From positions 2,767 through 66,766 of the forward strand of contig JASDTB010000056.1 in the NCBI GenBank assembly GCA_041441455.1: a stretch of DNA of 64,000 nt, given 5' to 3'. This DNA comes from Bacteroidales bacterium (lineage in GTDB: Bacteria > Bacteroidota > Bacteroidia > Bacteroidales > UBA932). The position numbers were made by a program, and so were the translations under genes. Below are positions 1-9,630 of this stretch, piece after piece. Under the pieces are notes generated by a model, which was not told the origin of the DNA, searched no databases, and saw only the letters and a list, made by a program, of their open reading frames with translations. The number at the start of each line of letters is the position of its first letter. Positions within the stretch are counted from its first letter, which is position 1.

Positions 1-1
1 T

Positions 2-784
2 GTAGATAGCCTAAAGCTTGAATCCTCTTTAAAACCAATAGGGTTCAAGATTATAAACTTTGGTAATACCGACCTTAGAAGGATGAATGGTGAGTTTGAA
101 TATACTGCCTACGAAAATGGCGTGCCTGTCAGAACATTTCCTGTTGGACCATCATATGGTAACTTTAGGACACTCTCACAAATTTCGCCTTATCTGCAGA
201 TGGCGGTATTGCAAAGTGAAGATGGTGGCTTCTTTTATCACGATGGATTCTTGATGGATGCAATTAGAGGAGCTTTAGCAACTGATATAAAAGAGAAAAG
301 ATTTAGAAGAGGGGGAAGCACTATTAGTATGCAGCTAGTTAAGAATGTATACCTAAGCAGACATAAAACATTAGCCCGAAAATTCGAAGAGATTTTAATT
401 GTTTGGTTGATTGAGAACAATAGACTAAGTTCCAAAGAGAGAATGTTTGAAGTCTATATGAATATCATAGAATGGGGGCCTGGAGTCTATGGAGCAGCTG
501 AGGCGGCGAGATTTTATTTTGATAAAGATGTTAGAGACATTAATGCAAATGAGGCAATCTTTTTAGCAAGCATCATCCCTTCTCCAAAAAGAGCTCTTAA
601 CTCTTTTGATTCTGAATATAAGCTTAAACCATCTTTGGAAGGTTATTATAGGCTCTTAGCAGGAAGGTTGAAAATCAAAGGTTTGATAAGTGAGGAGGAG
701 GAGATGGCGATTAAGCCAGAGGTTAAGTTAGGTGAGGCTGCTAAAAAGTTAATTGACAGTAGAAATATCCCCGAAACATTTTAA
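2..784 (+). CDS. Peptidoglycan glycosyltransferase (GT51 transglycosylase) domain protein, 5' end cut by window edge
   Basis: Motifs EDGGFFYHDGF and RGGSTISMQLVKN are typical of GT51 transglycosylases. The frame stays open from base 2 up to the first Met at 83, so the gene probably starts left of the window. Confidence 0.8.
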   Translation, partial: VDSLKLESSLKPIGFKIINFGNTDLRRMNGEFEYTAYENGVPVRTFPVGPSYGNFRTLSQISPYLQMAVLQSEDGGFFYHDGFLMDAIRGALATDIKEKRFRRGGSTISMQLVKNVYLSRHKTLARKFEEILIVWLIENNRLSSKERMFEVYMNIIEWGPGVYGAAEAARFYFDKDVRDINANEAIFLASIIPSPKRALNSFDSEYKLKPSLEGYYRLLAGRLKIKGLISEEEEMAIKPEVKLGEAAKKLIDSRNIPETF

Positions 785-817
785 CTCGCTGTTTGTTTTA
801 CCTTAAAAGTTTGATGT

Positions 818-1297
818 ATGATTAACTTTAGAGGTAAGACATTTGAAAAGGCCGACGTCAAGATTACTAGATGGATGGCAAAACATAGCCTATCGCTGCT
901 TAGAGTAAGCATAGGAATTATATTTTTCTGGTTCGGAGTACTTAAGTTCTTCGATGGATTGAGTCCAGCTCAGGACTTGGCAATCAAAACTATAGATATT
1001 GTTACATTTGGACTTTTAACACCTTCAATCATAATCTTAGGTTTAGCAATTTGGGAGACAGCTATTGGAATAGGACTGATATTCTCACTATTTATGAGAG
1101 AGACTCTTCTCTTGCTATACTTACAGATGATAGGCACTTTTCTTCCAGTACTATTCTTTCCAAGTGAGGTTTTTAATATTTTCCCCTATTCATTAACATT
1201 AGAGGGACAGTATATTATTAAAAATCTTGTATTATTGAGTGCTGGAATTGTTTTAGGTGCAACAGTCAGAGGAGGAAAAATAATACAGGAGAACTGA
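818..1297 (+). CDS. Small polytopic membrane protein, DoxX/DUF417-like
   Basis: 159 aa with about four hydrophobic helices. The segment LLRVSIGIIFFWFGVLKF resembles DoxX/DUF417 proteins. Its stop overlaps the next start (TGATG). Confidence 0.5.
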   Translation: MINFRGKTFEKADVKITRWMAKHSLSLLRVSIGIIFFWFGVLKFFDGLSPAQDLAIKTIDIVTFGLLTPSIIILGLAIWETAIGIGLIFSLFMRETLLLLYLQMIGTFLPVLFFPSEVFNIFPYSLTLEGQYIIKNLVLLSAGIVLGATVRGGKIIQEN

Positions 1298-2178
1298 TGA
1301 AAATATTGATTACAGGGTCTAATGGCTATATTGGCAGTCGTCTTGTAACTCTACTTTTAGAACAAGGGTGCGAGTTGTATTGCTGCGTGCGAAATTTATC
1401 CAAAGTAACACCGCAAAACAACCCAAAGATTCACTACATAGAGGTTGATTTCTTAAAACGAGAGACTCTTGAAAATATTCCAAATGAAATTGATGTTGCA
1501 TACTATTTAATCCATTCGATGGCAGATTCGGGTAAAAATTTCTCTTATCTAGAGACATTATCTGCATTAAATTTTAGAGAGGCAATAAATTCGACAAATA
1601 CAAAACAGGTTATATATTTAGGCGGTATTGCAAACCAGAAAGATCTCTCTCCACATCTAAAATCGAGGGCTAAAGTGGAGGAGATACTGAGTGAAGGCGA
1701 TTACAGCTTAACGGCTATTAGAGCAGGTATAATCATTGGGAAAGGGGGTTCATCTTATCAAATAATTAAAGACCTTGTTGAGAAACTTCCAATCATGATT
1801 GCTCCCAAATGGCTAAATACAAAGACGCAACCAATTGCATTACGCGATGTTTTGTATTGTTTATCGGCAGTAAAGGGAGATGAAAGATTTTATGGAAAAA
1901 GTTTTGATGTGGGAGGTCCAGATGTCTTAACTTATAAAGAGATGTTGTATGGATATTCAAAAGCTCATTCATTAAGACGCTTGATAATTACTGTTCCTGT
2001 TATGACTCCGCGGTTGTCGTCATATTGGTTGTATTTTGTCACAAGTACTAGCTATTCTCTTGCGGTTCATTTAGTTGAAAGCATGAAAATAGAGGTGCTC
2101 TGCCGTGATATGTCGATAATAAACATGCTAGGCATAACACCTCTTACCTATGAGGAGGCTCTGTTGGAGGCTCGTTAA
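1297..2178 (+). CDS. NAD(P)-binding SDR/NmrA-like oxidoreductase
   Basis: N-terminal Rossmann motif [14 protein letters not shown] (GxxGxxG), 293 aa, translationally coupled to the upstream membrane protein. Confidence 0.7.
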   Translation: MKILITGSNGYIGSRLVTLLLEQGCELYCCVRNLSKVTPQNNPKIHYIEVDFLKRETLENIPNEIDVAYYLIHSMADSGKNFSYLETLSALNFREAINSTNTKQVIYLGGIANQKDLSPHLKSRAKVEEILSEGDYSLTAIRAGIIIGKGGSSYQIIKDLVEKLPIMIAPKWLNTKTQPIALRDVLYCLSAVKGDERFYGKSFDVGGPDVLTYKEMLYGYSKAHSLRRLIITVPVMTPRLSSYWLYFVTSTSYSLAVHLVESMKIEVLCRDMSIINMLGITPLTYEEALLEAR

Positions 2179-3212
2179 CTCTTCTTCTCTTTGATTAGTC
2201 TAGCTGATATGTTGACTAATGCAATCATTACAGGTACCTCTACTAATGGTCCAATAACTGCTGCAAATGCCTCTCCAGAATCTATCCCAAATACCGCAAT
2301 TGCAACTGCAATTGCCAATTCGAAATTATTACTAGCGGCAGTAAATGCAAGTGTAATAGATTTTTTATTATCAGCTTTTGCACTTTTACTTAAGTAAAAT
2401 GAGGCAAAAAACATGATAAAGAAGTAGATTGTCAATGGTATAGCTATTCTGACTACATCCATCGGTATTTTCACAATATATTCTCCTTTTAGTGAAAACA
2501 TTACAATGATTGTAAAAAGAAGGGCAAAAAGTGTTAATGGTGAAATTTTAGGTACATATTTTCTATTAAACCAATCTTCACCTTTCACTCTAATCAATGC
2601 ATAACGAGATATTATTCCAGCAAACATTGGAATTCCAAGATAGATTAAAACACTTTTGGCAACCGACCCGATAGTTATACTACCGACAGAATCGTTAACT
2701 GGAAGTCCGAACACGCCAGGTAATACAGCAATAAAGATGTACGCGTAAAGCGAAAATAAGAGAATCTGGAAAATTGAGTTAAATGCAACTAATGCTGCTG
2801 CATATTGTCTGTCTCCATTTGCCAAATCGTTCCAAACAATTACCATCGCGATACATCTTGCTAATCCAATCAAGATCACACCATACATGTAATCGATGTT
2901 AAATTGAAGGAAAATAATTGCCAAGAAAAACATGAGGACTGGGCCAATTACCCAGTTTTGAATTAGTGATAGGCCAAGTACCTTTTTGTCCTTAAAGACA
3001 TCTCCAAGCTCTTCGTATTTGACTTTTGCAAGAGGTGGATACATCATAATAATTAATCCAATTGCAATTGGGATATTTGTTGTCCCCGAACTTAAACTAT
3101 CCCAAAAGTCGGCTGTACCTGGAAAAAAATATCCAAGAGCGACACCAATTGCCATAGCTGTAAATATCCACACCGTGAGATATCTATCGAGAAAATTAAG
3201 TTTAACTTTCAT
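2175..3212 (-). CDS. acr3: ACR3-family arsenite efflux transporter
   Basis: 345 aa polytopic protein. The N-terminus [13 protein letters not shown] and overall layout are typical of ACR3, and the gene lies directly downstream of arsC. Confidence 0.85.
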   Translation of the reverse strand: MKVKLNFLDRYLTVWIFTAMAIGVALGYFFPGTADFWDSLSSGTTNIPIAIGLIIMMYPPLAKVKYEELGDVFKDKKVLGLSLIQNWVIGPVLMFFLAIIFLQFNIDYMYGVILIGLARCIAMVIVWNDLANGDRQYAAALVAFNSIFQILLFSLYAYIFIAVLPGVFGLPVNDSVGSITIGSVAKSVLIYLGIPMFAGIISRYALIRVKGEDWFNRKYVPKISPLTLFALLFTIIVMFSLKGEYIVKIPMDVVRIAIPLTIYFFIMFFASFYLSKSAKADNKKSITLAFTAASNNFELAIAVAIAVFGIDSGEAFAAVIGPLVEVPVMIALVNISARLIKEKKS

Positions 3213-3639
3213 TTTCTATTTCTATTTCTAATTTATAAAATTTATAAAATCCTTCTTTAATCTCATCTCTAACTCTACGAAACTCACTCCAAATAAACTC
3301 ATCATCTCCTATTGCATGTGAGGGATCATCAAATCCAATGTGTAATCTGTTTTTTACCTTTCCAATGAAAGCTGGGCAAGACTCATTTGCTCCCCCACAA
3401 ACTGTAATAACATAGTCCCACTCTTCATCTAAATATTTGTCGATATGATCCGAAGTATGGTGGCTTATATCAACCCCAACCTCGTTCATTACAAAAACGG
3501 CCTTTTCATTCAATTTTCCAGTAGCTGCAGTTCCTGCTGAGCAAACAATTAAATCTTGATCGAATGATTGTAAAAAGCCATGCGCCATCTGACTTCTACA
3601 ACTATTGCCAGTACATAGAATTAAAATTTTCTTTTTCAT
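3202..3639 (-). CDS. arsC: Arsenate reductase, LMW-PTP fold, thioredoxin-coupled type
   Basis: P-loop CTGNSCRS (Cys9) plus Cys81/Cys88 in [10 protein letters not shown], matching the Cys10/82/89 triad of pI258-type ArsC. Confidence 0.85.
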   Translation of the reverse strand: MKKKILILCTGNSCRSQMAHGFLQSFDQDLIVCSAGTAATGKLNEKAVFVMNEVGVDISHHTSDHIDKYLDEEWDYVITVCGGANESCPAFIGKVKNRLHIGFDDPSHAIGDDEFIWSEFRRVRDEIKEGFYKFYKLEIEIENES

Positions 3640-3643
3640 ATAA

Positions 3644-3979
3644 TTAAATTTTGCATTTATCTAATGTTTTTGAAGCCTCAATAAAGTTTCCAATCCTTTT
3701 TTCAAATTCCTCTTTTACTTTTACTAGCCTGTCTTGATTCAAGCAGTAACATGTTTTAACACCAGCAATCTCTCCATGAATTAGATCTGCCTTTTTTAAC
3801 TCTTTAAGGTGCTGATAGATTGTTGTTCTACTTAATGTAAAGTGAGATGAAATGTCTCCAGAAATACATGTTTCGGAGGTTGAGATATAATTTAAAATCT
3901 CTAATCTTATAGGATTAGATAGGGTTTTCAGTGCGACTATAAAGTCAGAATTATCTAAGAGAGTATCTGATTTGTCCAT
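3644..3979 (-). CDS. arsR: ArsR/SmtB-family transcriptional regulator
   Basis: Winged-helix core LSNPIRLEILNYI...TIYQHLKELKKADLI. I chose the start at Met20 of the ORF (ATG at 3979) because the upstream extension is encoded by a 34-bp palindrome. Confidence 0.8.
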   Translation of the reverse strand: MDKSDTLLDNSDFIVALKTLSNPIRLEILNYISTSETCISGDISSHFTLSRTTIYQHLKELKKADLIHGEIAGVKTCYCLNQDRLVKVKEEFEKRIGNFIEASKTLDKCKI

Positions 3980-3983
3980 AAAA

Positions 3984-4017
3984 TAAAAATATGTCGTAAA
4001 AATACGACATATTTTTA
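3984..4017. promoter_or_regulatory. Perfect 34-bp palindrome (15-4-15), candidate ArsR operator upstream of arsR-arsC-acr3
   Basis: Minus strand reads TAAAAATATGTCGTA-TTTT-TACGACATATTTTTA. It ends 5 nt upstream of the arsR ATG at 3979. Confidence 0.6.
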
Positions 4018-4061
4018 ATACTTTAAATTTCGACATTTGAATTAGCGAAATCTTAACAATT

Positions 4062-5405
4062 TTAAAAGAAGAATCCGTAAATAAATCCTGAAATTGTTGC
4101 CATTATGATAACCAATGACACATATACGATTGTCTTTTTTGTTCCCATAACTCCTCGAATAACTAACATATTTGGTAATGAAAGTGATGGACCTGCAAGA
4201 AGGAGTGCAAGTGCAGGGCCTTTTCCCATTCCAGAGGCTATAAGGCCTTGAAGAATTGGTACTTCGGTGAGAGTCGCAAAGTACATAAATGCCCCTACAA
4301 ATGATGCAAAAAAGTTTGAAAAGATTGAATTACCGCCAACTAGGGCGCTAATCCAACTATTTGGAATTACTCCAGCGATAGTTGTGCCATCATGTGTAGA
4401 TCCGAGTAAAAATCCTGCAGTTACAACTCCTATAGCAAGGAGTGGAATGATTTGCTTAGCATAACCCCATGTAGAGATTGTCCATTCTCTATTCTCTTCG
4501 TTATCTTTATCTTTCAATGTTATAATTGAGAGAGCAGCAATTCCTGTAATCATTGGAATAATTGGAACCATCTTTGGATCTTCAACAAGTAACATTGACA
4601 ATGCTATTGAGATTGCAACTGCGATACCTGATAAGATTACTGGTAAAATCTTTATTTTAAGAATTTTCACTAGAGAGAATCCTAGCATCAAAGTCAGAAT
4701 ACCTGCAATAATCCATTTTGAATGCCATATCATGTACCACATGCTAGTTGTATCGTCTGACGATGGTTTTCCAAAATTTACGATGACTAAAATTAATACA
4801 AGGACAAAGAAATGGAAGGAAGTTTGCCATAGGGGTCTCTTCTCTGGAGGAAATTTCAGATTCATCTGTTCCTCTTTCTTGATTCTCTCCTCTTTTCTAA
4901 AAATGAAAGCCATTGCAAGACCAATAATAACGCTGAATGATACAGCACCTACTGTTCTTGCTATCCCCATTTCGGCACCTAGGATTCTAGCAGTTAATAT
5001 GATGGCTAAAATATTGATAGCAGGTCCAGAGTATAAGAATGCAATAGCAGGTCCAAGTCCAGCTCCTCTTTTATGGATGCTTGAGAAAAGAGGCAGAATT
5101 GTACAGCTACAAACGGCAAGGATAGTCCCTGATACTGCAGCAATTGTGTAGGATACCCATTTTTTAGCATTGGCTCCAAAGTATTTTAATACAGAGCCTT
5201 GGCTTATAAATACAGAGATTACTCCTGCTATAAAAAATGCAGGCAAAAGACACATAACTACATGTTCGCGAGCGTACCACTTAGTCAAGTCTAAAGTTGC
5301 ATCTACTGCTGTACGAAATACAGGAGAGGTTACTGGTAGAAAGAATGCAACAGCGAATGCTAAAACAATCCAACCCAGAATTTTTAGTTCTTTATTAGTT
5401 TCCAT
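4062..5405 (-). CDS. DUF318-type permease, ArsP-like (putative organoarsenical/thiol-linked efflux)
   Basis: 447 aa polytopic protein. It has a vicinal Cys motif, AVCSCTILP, in an early TM helix, as I recall for ArsP permeases, and it is embedded in the ars cluster. Confidence 0.6.
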   Translation of the reverse strand: METNKELKILGWIVLAFAVAFFLPVTSPVFRTAVDATLDLTKWYAREHVVMCLLPAFFIAGVISVFISQGSVLKYFGANAKKWVSYTIAAVSGTILAVCSCTILPLFSSIHKRGAGLGPAIAFLYSGPAINILAIILTARILGAEMGIARTVGAVSFSVIIGLAMAFIFRKEERIKKEEQMNLKFPPEKRPLWQTSFHFFVLVLILVIVNFGKPSSDDTTSMWYMIWHSKWIIAGILTLMLGFSLVKILKIKILPVILSGIAVAISIALSMLLVEDPKMVPIIPMITGIAALSIITLKDKDNEENREWTISTWGYAKQIIPLLAIGVVTAGFLLGSTHDGTTIAGVIPNSWISALVGGNSIFSNFFASFVGAFMYFATLTEVPILQGLIASGMGKGPALALLLAGPSLSLPNMLVIRGVMGTKKTIVYVSLVIIMATISGFIYGFFF

Positions 5406-5407
5406 TT

Positions 5408-6106
5408 TTAAAACATTGTTAGGAATATATAGTATATACCTATGATGATGAATAATATACCAATGATTTTTCTAAACCATTTTTCGAAAATCTTTATCTT
5501 GTTATATGTTTTACCTACACTCGATACGGCGTATGCAAGAAGCCAGGAAAAGATTATGACAGGAATGCCTGTAGCGATAGCAAAGAGCACAGGTAACAGA
5601 AGTCCAGAGCTGCCAGAAAGTGTTAATGGAATGAGCATCCCAAAATATAAAACACCACTGTATGGACAAAATGCCATTGCGAAAAGTACTCCAAGTAAAA
5701 AGGCTCCTGCATAACTTTTTTTCGCCTTTGATTCTAGTTTTTCACCCAGTTTGCCTGTTAAAGAAAAATTTAGTTTGATAAGGTCTAGCAAGAAAATTCC
5801 AATGATAATTAAAAAAGGACCTAAAAATTTTTCTCCCCAACCTTGAAAGATCGCAGAGACATTCATCTGCTCTGCTCCAAAATAGAGGATAACTGCAATT
5901 AGTGTGTAACTGAATGCTCGTCCTGCTGTATATAGAAGTCCCCCAATAAACACTCTTCTTCTATCTTCGATATCTCTTCCGAGAAATCCGATAGCAGAGA
6001 TGTTTGTGGCAAGAGGACAAGGACTTATGGCTGTCATCAAACCAAGGATTATCGCTGTTAGAAATGAGTATTGAGTATTTTCTAAGATTGACTGAAGAAA
6101 TTCCAT
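5408..6106 (-). CDS. CcdA/DsbD-like thiol-transfer membrane protein (ArsG-family-like)
   Basis: 232 aa, about six TM helices, with Cys-Pro motifs in TM helices (SPCPLATN and FCPYSG). It sits between thioredoxin-fold genes and the permease. Confidence 0.55.
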   Translation of the reverse strand: MEFLQSILENTQYSFLTAIILGLMTAISPCPLATNISAIGFLGRDIEDRRRVFIGGLLYTAGRAFSYTLIAVILYFGAEQMNVSAIFQGWGEKFLGPFLIIIGIFLLDLIKLNFSLTGKLGEKLESKAKKSYAGAFLLGVLFAMAFCPYSGVLYFGMLIPLTLSGSSGLLLPVLFAIATGIPVIIFSWLLAYAVSSVGKTYNKIKIFEKWFRKIIGILFIIIGIYYIFLTMF

Positions 6107-6112
6107 CTTTCT

Positions 6113-6514
6113 CTATTTTATCTTATCTACAGCTTTTTTGATCTCCTCTTTAATCTTTTGAGGGTCATCAGAATTCATAAATGCTATGTTTGTAATATCG
6201 CATTTTTTATCTCCTTTAACAACGATTAGTGCTTGACCTCCAATTTTGAATTTTTTTGCAATTTTATCTGCTGAGGCATCATCGAGATTAATACTTTTGA
6301 ATGAATACTGTCCTGCTTTCACCTTGTCGGAAGCTATTAAAGAGACTGCTGCTTTACTGTTTTTTTCTACTTCCAGACAGGTTGCACAACGCCTAGTGTA
6401 ATGAAAGTATAAAACTTCAATGTCAGATGTTCTTGGTGCATTTTGAGCAAATAGTGATGTGCCTAAAAAAGATGTTTGTAAGCATACTAATAATAAGAAT
6501 ATGAGCTTTTTCAT
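6113..6514 (-). CDS. Secreted thioredoxin-fold CxxC protein (ArsF-family-like)
   Basis: Signal peptide MKKLIFLLLVCLQTSFLGTSLFAQ followed by a CATC redox motif; 133 aa. Confidence 0.5.
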   Translation of the reverse strand: MKKLIFLLLVCLQTSFLGTSLFAQNAPRTSDIEVLYFHYTRRCATCLEVEKNSKAAVSLIASDKVKAGQYSFKSINLDDASADKIAKKFKIGGQALIVVKGDKKCDITNIAFMNSDDPQKIKEEIKKAVDKIK

Positions 6515-6515
6515 T

Positions 6516-6755
6516 TTATACGTATTGACTTAATATTTTCTTTATCTCTTCTGCAGATGGAACTCTACCTTTAATCTCTACTTTTTCGTTGATAACAAGT
6601 GCTGGAGTAGACATTACATTATAACTCATAATGTCCATAATGTCCTCTACTTTACTAATTTCGGCATTGATTCCGTTTTGTTCTACTACCTCTCTGGTTA
6701 GTTTTTCCAGTGCCTTACATTTTGGGCATCCTGGACCAAGTACTTTTATATTCAT
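6516..6755 (-). CDS. Small thioredoxin-like protein (redox-active disulfide protein 2 / MTH895-ArsE family)
   Basis: 79 aa with N-terminal MNIKVLGPGCPKC (CPKC active site), typical of this family. Confidence 0.75.
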   Translation of the reverse strand: MNIKVLGPGCPKCKALEKLTREVVEQNGINAEISKVEDIMDIMSYNVMSTPALVINEKVEIKGRVPSAEEIKKILSQYV

Positions 6756-6771
6756 AGTTCTGTTAAATGTA

Positions 6772-7071
6772 TTATTGATTGAAAAAATTGCCTAGTAACT
6801 CTTTTGCCTCTTCCCAATTAGTGCGATTGACACAGTACTTAATGTAAGGAGGATTGATCTCTCCTTGTATTAGTCCTGCTTTTTTAAGTTCTTTTAGATG
6901 TTCAGAAAGAGTAGATCGTGCAATTGGCAGTATGTCAGCCATATCGCCGCTATAGCAACATTTGTTGCCTGCAAGATGTTCGAGAATAAATACTCTGACA
7001 GGATGCGAGAGTGCCTTAGAATATTTGGCTATTTTCTGTTGATTGTCAGAGAAGTGTTGTTCTTTTTCCAT
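6772..7071 (-). CDS. ArsR/SmtB-family metalloregulator
   Basis: Winged-helix core ALSHPVRVFILEHL...STLSEHLKELKKAGLI. It has a vicinal CC in the alpha3 position (GNKCCYSGD). First gene of the minus-strand cluster. Confidence 0.8.
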   Translation of the reverse strand: MEKEQHFSDNQQKIAKYSKALSHPVRVFILEHLAGNKCCYSGDMADILPIARSTLSEHLKELKKAGLIQGEINPPYIKYCVNRTNWEEAKELLGNFFNQ

Positions 7072-7076
7072 AAATC

Positions 7077-7101
7077 ATTTCGTAAAATCCCGAAACGAAA
7101 T
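7077..7101. promoter_or_regulatory. 7-bp inverted repeat ATTTCGT-N11-ACGAAAT upstream of the second arsR-like gene
   Basis: Lies in the 39-bp gap between the PAP2 stop (7111) and the ArsR-like start (7071). No T-tract follows, so an operator is more likely than a terminator. Confidence 0.3.
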
Positions 7102-7110
7102 TATGGGTTT

Positions 7111-7647
7111 TTATTTTATCGACAAAATTTTTCCAGATTTTTTTGAAATCAACAGTACTAAATATGCAGAAAAGAGTCCTAAAACAACTCCTGCTAAGAC
7201 ATCAGATGGATAGTGAACGCCTAGATACATCCTTGAGTATCCGACCATTATTGCCCAAAGATAGGCTATAAATGCATATGGAGACCTACGGAAAAACAGA
7301 AGAAACAAACCTGTTGCAAGAACAAAAGCATCTGTTGTATGGCCAGACGGAAATGATGGGCTGCCTCCGGAAGATAGTTTTTCAATGAAGTCATACTCTT
7401 TGAAAGGACGGGTTCTGTCGATTGAATATTTGAGGATATTTGAGAAAATTGCTGCAATTACAACCATCAAAAAAAGAGTGATTGCTTTATTGCGTAATGT
7501 TTTGTTTTTATAGATTAAAGCTATGATAAAAAGGAGAATAGGGATGCCCCAAGCAAAAGGGCCGGCTGTTTCTGTTACTATTCCAAATAGAGAGTCTGCA
7601 AATGGAGTGCGATTAGAGTTGATAAAATCCAGTAGGGTGATATCCAT
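7111..7647 (-). CDS. PAP2-family phosphatase (membrane)
   Basis: All three acid-phosphatase motifs are present: KYSIDRTRP, PSGH, SRMYLGVHYPSD. Confidence 0.85.
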   Translation of the reverse strand: MDITLLDFINSNRTPFADSLFGIVTETAGPFAWGIPILLFIIALIYKNKTLRNKAITLFLMVVIAAIFSNILKYSIDRTRPFKEYDFIEKLSSGGSPSFPSGHTTDAFVLATGLFLLFFRRSPYAFIAYLWAIMVGYSRMYLGVHYPSDVLAGVVLGLFSAYLVLLISKKSGKILSIK

Positions 7648-7649
7648 GA

Positions 7650-7991
7650 TTAAAATATTCTTCTTTTCGCCGCAATATAGTCATAAATTTTGTCTCGAAT
7701 GAACTTTGGTACCAATAGTAGCAGTAGAACAGCCTTTTGCAGTGCTCCTGTGTCGGCAGTCATATGAATAATTGCATCGGACTTTATGAAGGTTCTGGTT
7801 GGAGTTATGTATACAACATATTGCGCAATATCGTTAATGAGATTTTGTTCCTTAAGATATTTCCTCCCTTTCGACGAGCTGTAAGGTATAAACTCGAGCC
7901 TCTTATTCTTATCAATTTTTGAGAGAAAAGAGGCACTTCTACTACAAAGCACGCAATCACCATCGATGATAACTATGTTTTTACCAATCAT
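7650..7991 (-). CDS. DCC-family thiol-disulfide oxidoreductase (DUF393)
   Basis: N-terminal IIDGDCVLCS motif. The ATG at 7991 overlaps the pdxH stop as ATGA; an alternative start at 8015 is possible. Confidence 0.7.
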   Translation of the reverse strand: MIGKNIVIIDGDCVLCSRSASFLSKIDKNKRLEFIPYSSSKGRKYLKEQNLINDIAQYVVYITPTRTFIKSDAIIHMTADTGALQKAVLLLLLVPKFIRDKIYDYIAAKRRIF

Positions 7992-8635
7992 GGATAAAGT
8001 CTTTTGAATGTCCAAAGCAAATCGTCTCCTCTTTTATACTCAAAACGGTCATGAAGCCGACCTGGACCACCTTGCCAAAATTCAAACAATAGTGGTTGGA
8101 CTCTGTATCCTCCCCAATTGTCTGGACGTTTGACATAAGCTCCACTGTTGAAAATATTATCTAACTTCTGTTTGAAAATATCTTTACTTCTAAGCTCTTT
8201 GCTCTGCTTCGAATATGCAGCAGTTATTCTACTCTCGGCGGGTCTTGAGTAGAAGTACTCGTCGGACTCTTCTGCAGTTGTCTTCTCTGCAATACCCTCT
8301 ATCCTTACTTGTCGCATCGATTTTTCCCAAAAAAATAGAAGTGCAACATTTGGGTTGAATAGTATGTCTTCTCCTTTGTGACTCTCATAATTTGTAAAAA
8401 ATGTAAATCCTTTTTCGTCAAATTTCTTGAGAAGAACGACTCTAGACGATGGACGATTATCTTTGCCGCAAGTTGAAAGAACCATTGCATTAGCCTCAGC
8501 TGTCTCGATTGAGAGCGATTCATCGAACCACAAAGAGAATTGTTCAAAAGGATTACCCTTCATGTCAATCTCTCTAATAGGTTTGTTTATGTAGTTTCGT
8601 CTCATGTCGAAGATCTCCTTGTCTGTTTGTCTCAT
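7988..8635 (-). CDS. pdxH: Pyridoxamine 5'-phosphate oxidase
   Basis: MRRNY...RVVLLK...RIEG...EFWQGGPGRLHDRFEY...RLYP matches PdxH end to end. The ORF start (TTG at 8665) is uncertain; the ATG at 8635 gives an E. coli-like length. Confidence 0.85.
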   Translation of the reverse strand: MRQTDKEIFDMRRNYINKPIREIDMKGNPFEQFSLWFDESLSIETAEANAMVLSTCGKDNRPSSRVVLLKKFDEKGFTFFTNYESHKGEDILFNPNVALLFFWEKSMRQVRIEGIAEKTTAEESDEYFYSRPAESRITAAYSKQSKELRSKDIFKQKLDNIFNSGAYVKRPDNWGGYRVQPLLFEFWQGGPGRLHDRFEYKRGDDLLWTFKRLYP

Positions 8636-8704
8636 ATTCTTATCAAAATGTTTCTTATTAAACAATTATTCTCAATTCTTGTTTTATCATAAATCCCTTT
8701 CCAT

Positions 8705-9625
8705 ATGAAAAAATTATCTTTTGAACTCAGGATTACTGTTTTCTATCTTCTTTTGGGAGGATTGTGGATTGTTTTTTCCGACACTTTCTTCCATACAATA
8801 ATTGATGATGAGGATGTATTGGTTGTTGTTCAGATGGTTAAAGGATGGATTTATGTATTGGTGACAGGAGTCTTGTTTTATATTATTCTTAGACGCCACA
8901 TTATGAAGCTTCGTCAAGCCGAACAAAAAGCAATTGAGAGCGATCGTCTGAAGTCGGCATTTCTAGCAAACATTAGCCACGAAGTACGTACTCCGATGAA
9001 TGGAATTTTAGGTTTTCTCGATATGCTTAAGGATCCAGATTTATCTACAGAGACAAAGAGAGATTATATTGAGTTATTAGAGAGAAGCGGTTATCGTTTG
9101 ATAACTGTTATGACAGATATCCTTGATATCTCTGCTATTCAGTCAGAGACGGTTAATCCCGAAAAGAGGACTACAGATATTATTCAAATTTTTGAAGAGT
9201 CTGCGGATTTTTATAAAAGTGATTTGGAGACCAAAGGGCTTAAATTAAATTTTATTAAACCATATGGGGATTCTCCTTTATTGATTGAGACCGACGAAAA
9301 GCTTTTGAAAAAAATAATCTGTAAGCTATTGGGTAATTCAATCAAATTTAGTGACAAAGGGGAAATTGACATAGGGTATGAAATTAATGCGGGGTTGTTG
9401 ACTATCTATGTTAGAGACAATGGTATAGGTATTCAAAAAGAGAAGCTAGAGGCAATATTCAACAGGTTTGAACAGGCAGACACAAGACTGTCGTCTCCAT
9501 ATCAAGGTGCAGGGTTAGGTCTTTCTATTGCAAAAGCTTATGTGCATATTCTTGGGGGAGATATTTGGGCAGAATCGGAACCGGGAAGAGGTTCTTCGTT
9601 TTATGTCTCATTCCCGGTACCGTAG
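8705..9625 (+). CDS. Sensor histidine kinase (two TM helices, HisKA + HATPase_c)
   Basis: H-box SHEVRTPMNGILG, N-box LLGNSIKFS, G1 DNGIGI, G2 GAGLGLSI. No response regulator is adjacent. Confidence 0.85.
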   Translation: MKKLSFELRITVFYLLLGGLWIVFSDTFFHTIIDDEDVLVVVQMVKGWIYVLVTGVLFYIILRRHIMKLRQAEQKAIESDRLKSAFLANISHEVRTPMNGILGFLDMLKDPDLSTETKRDYIELLERSGYRLITVMTDILDISAIQSETVNPEKRTTDIIQIFEESADFYKSDLETKGLKLNFIKPYGDSPLLIETDEKLLKKIICKLLGNSIKFSDKGEIDIGYEINAGLLTIYVRDNGIGIQKEKLEAIFNRFEQADTRLSSPYQGAGLGLSIAKAYVHILGGDIWAESEPGRGSSFYVSFPVP

Positions 9626-9630
9626 TTTTG

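Noticed and set aside
3980-4036. A 19-codon N-terminal extension of the arsR ORF (MSKFKVLKICRIFTTYFYF).
   Set aside because: It is encoded by the 34-bp palindrome and AT-rich promoter-like sequence. ArsR proteins do not need it, and the Met at 3979 gives a normal-length protein.
2175-7071. I considered whether the arsenic cluster is a mobile genomic island.
   Set aside because: No integrase, transposase, tRNA attachment site or flanking direct repeats are visible in the window, and the composition does not look obviously different by eye.
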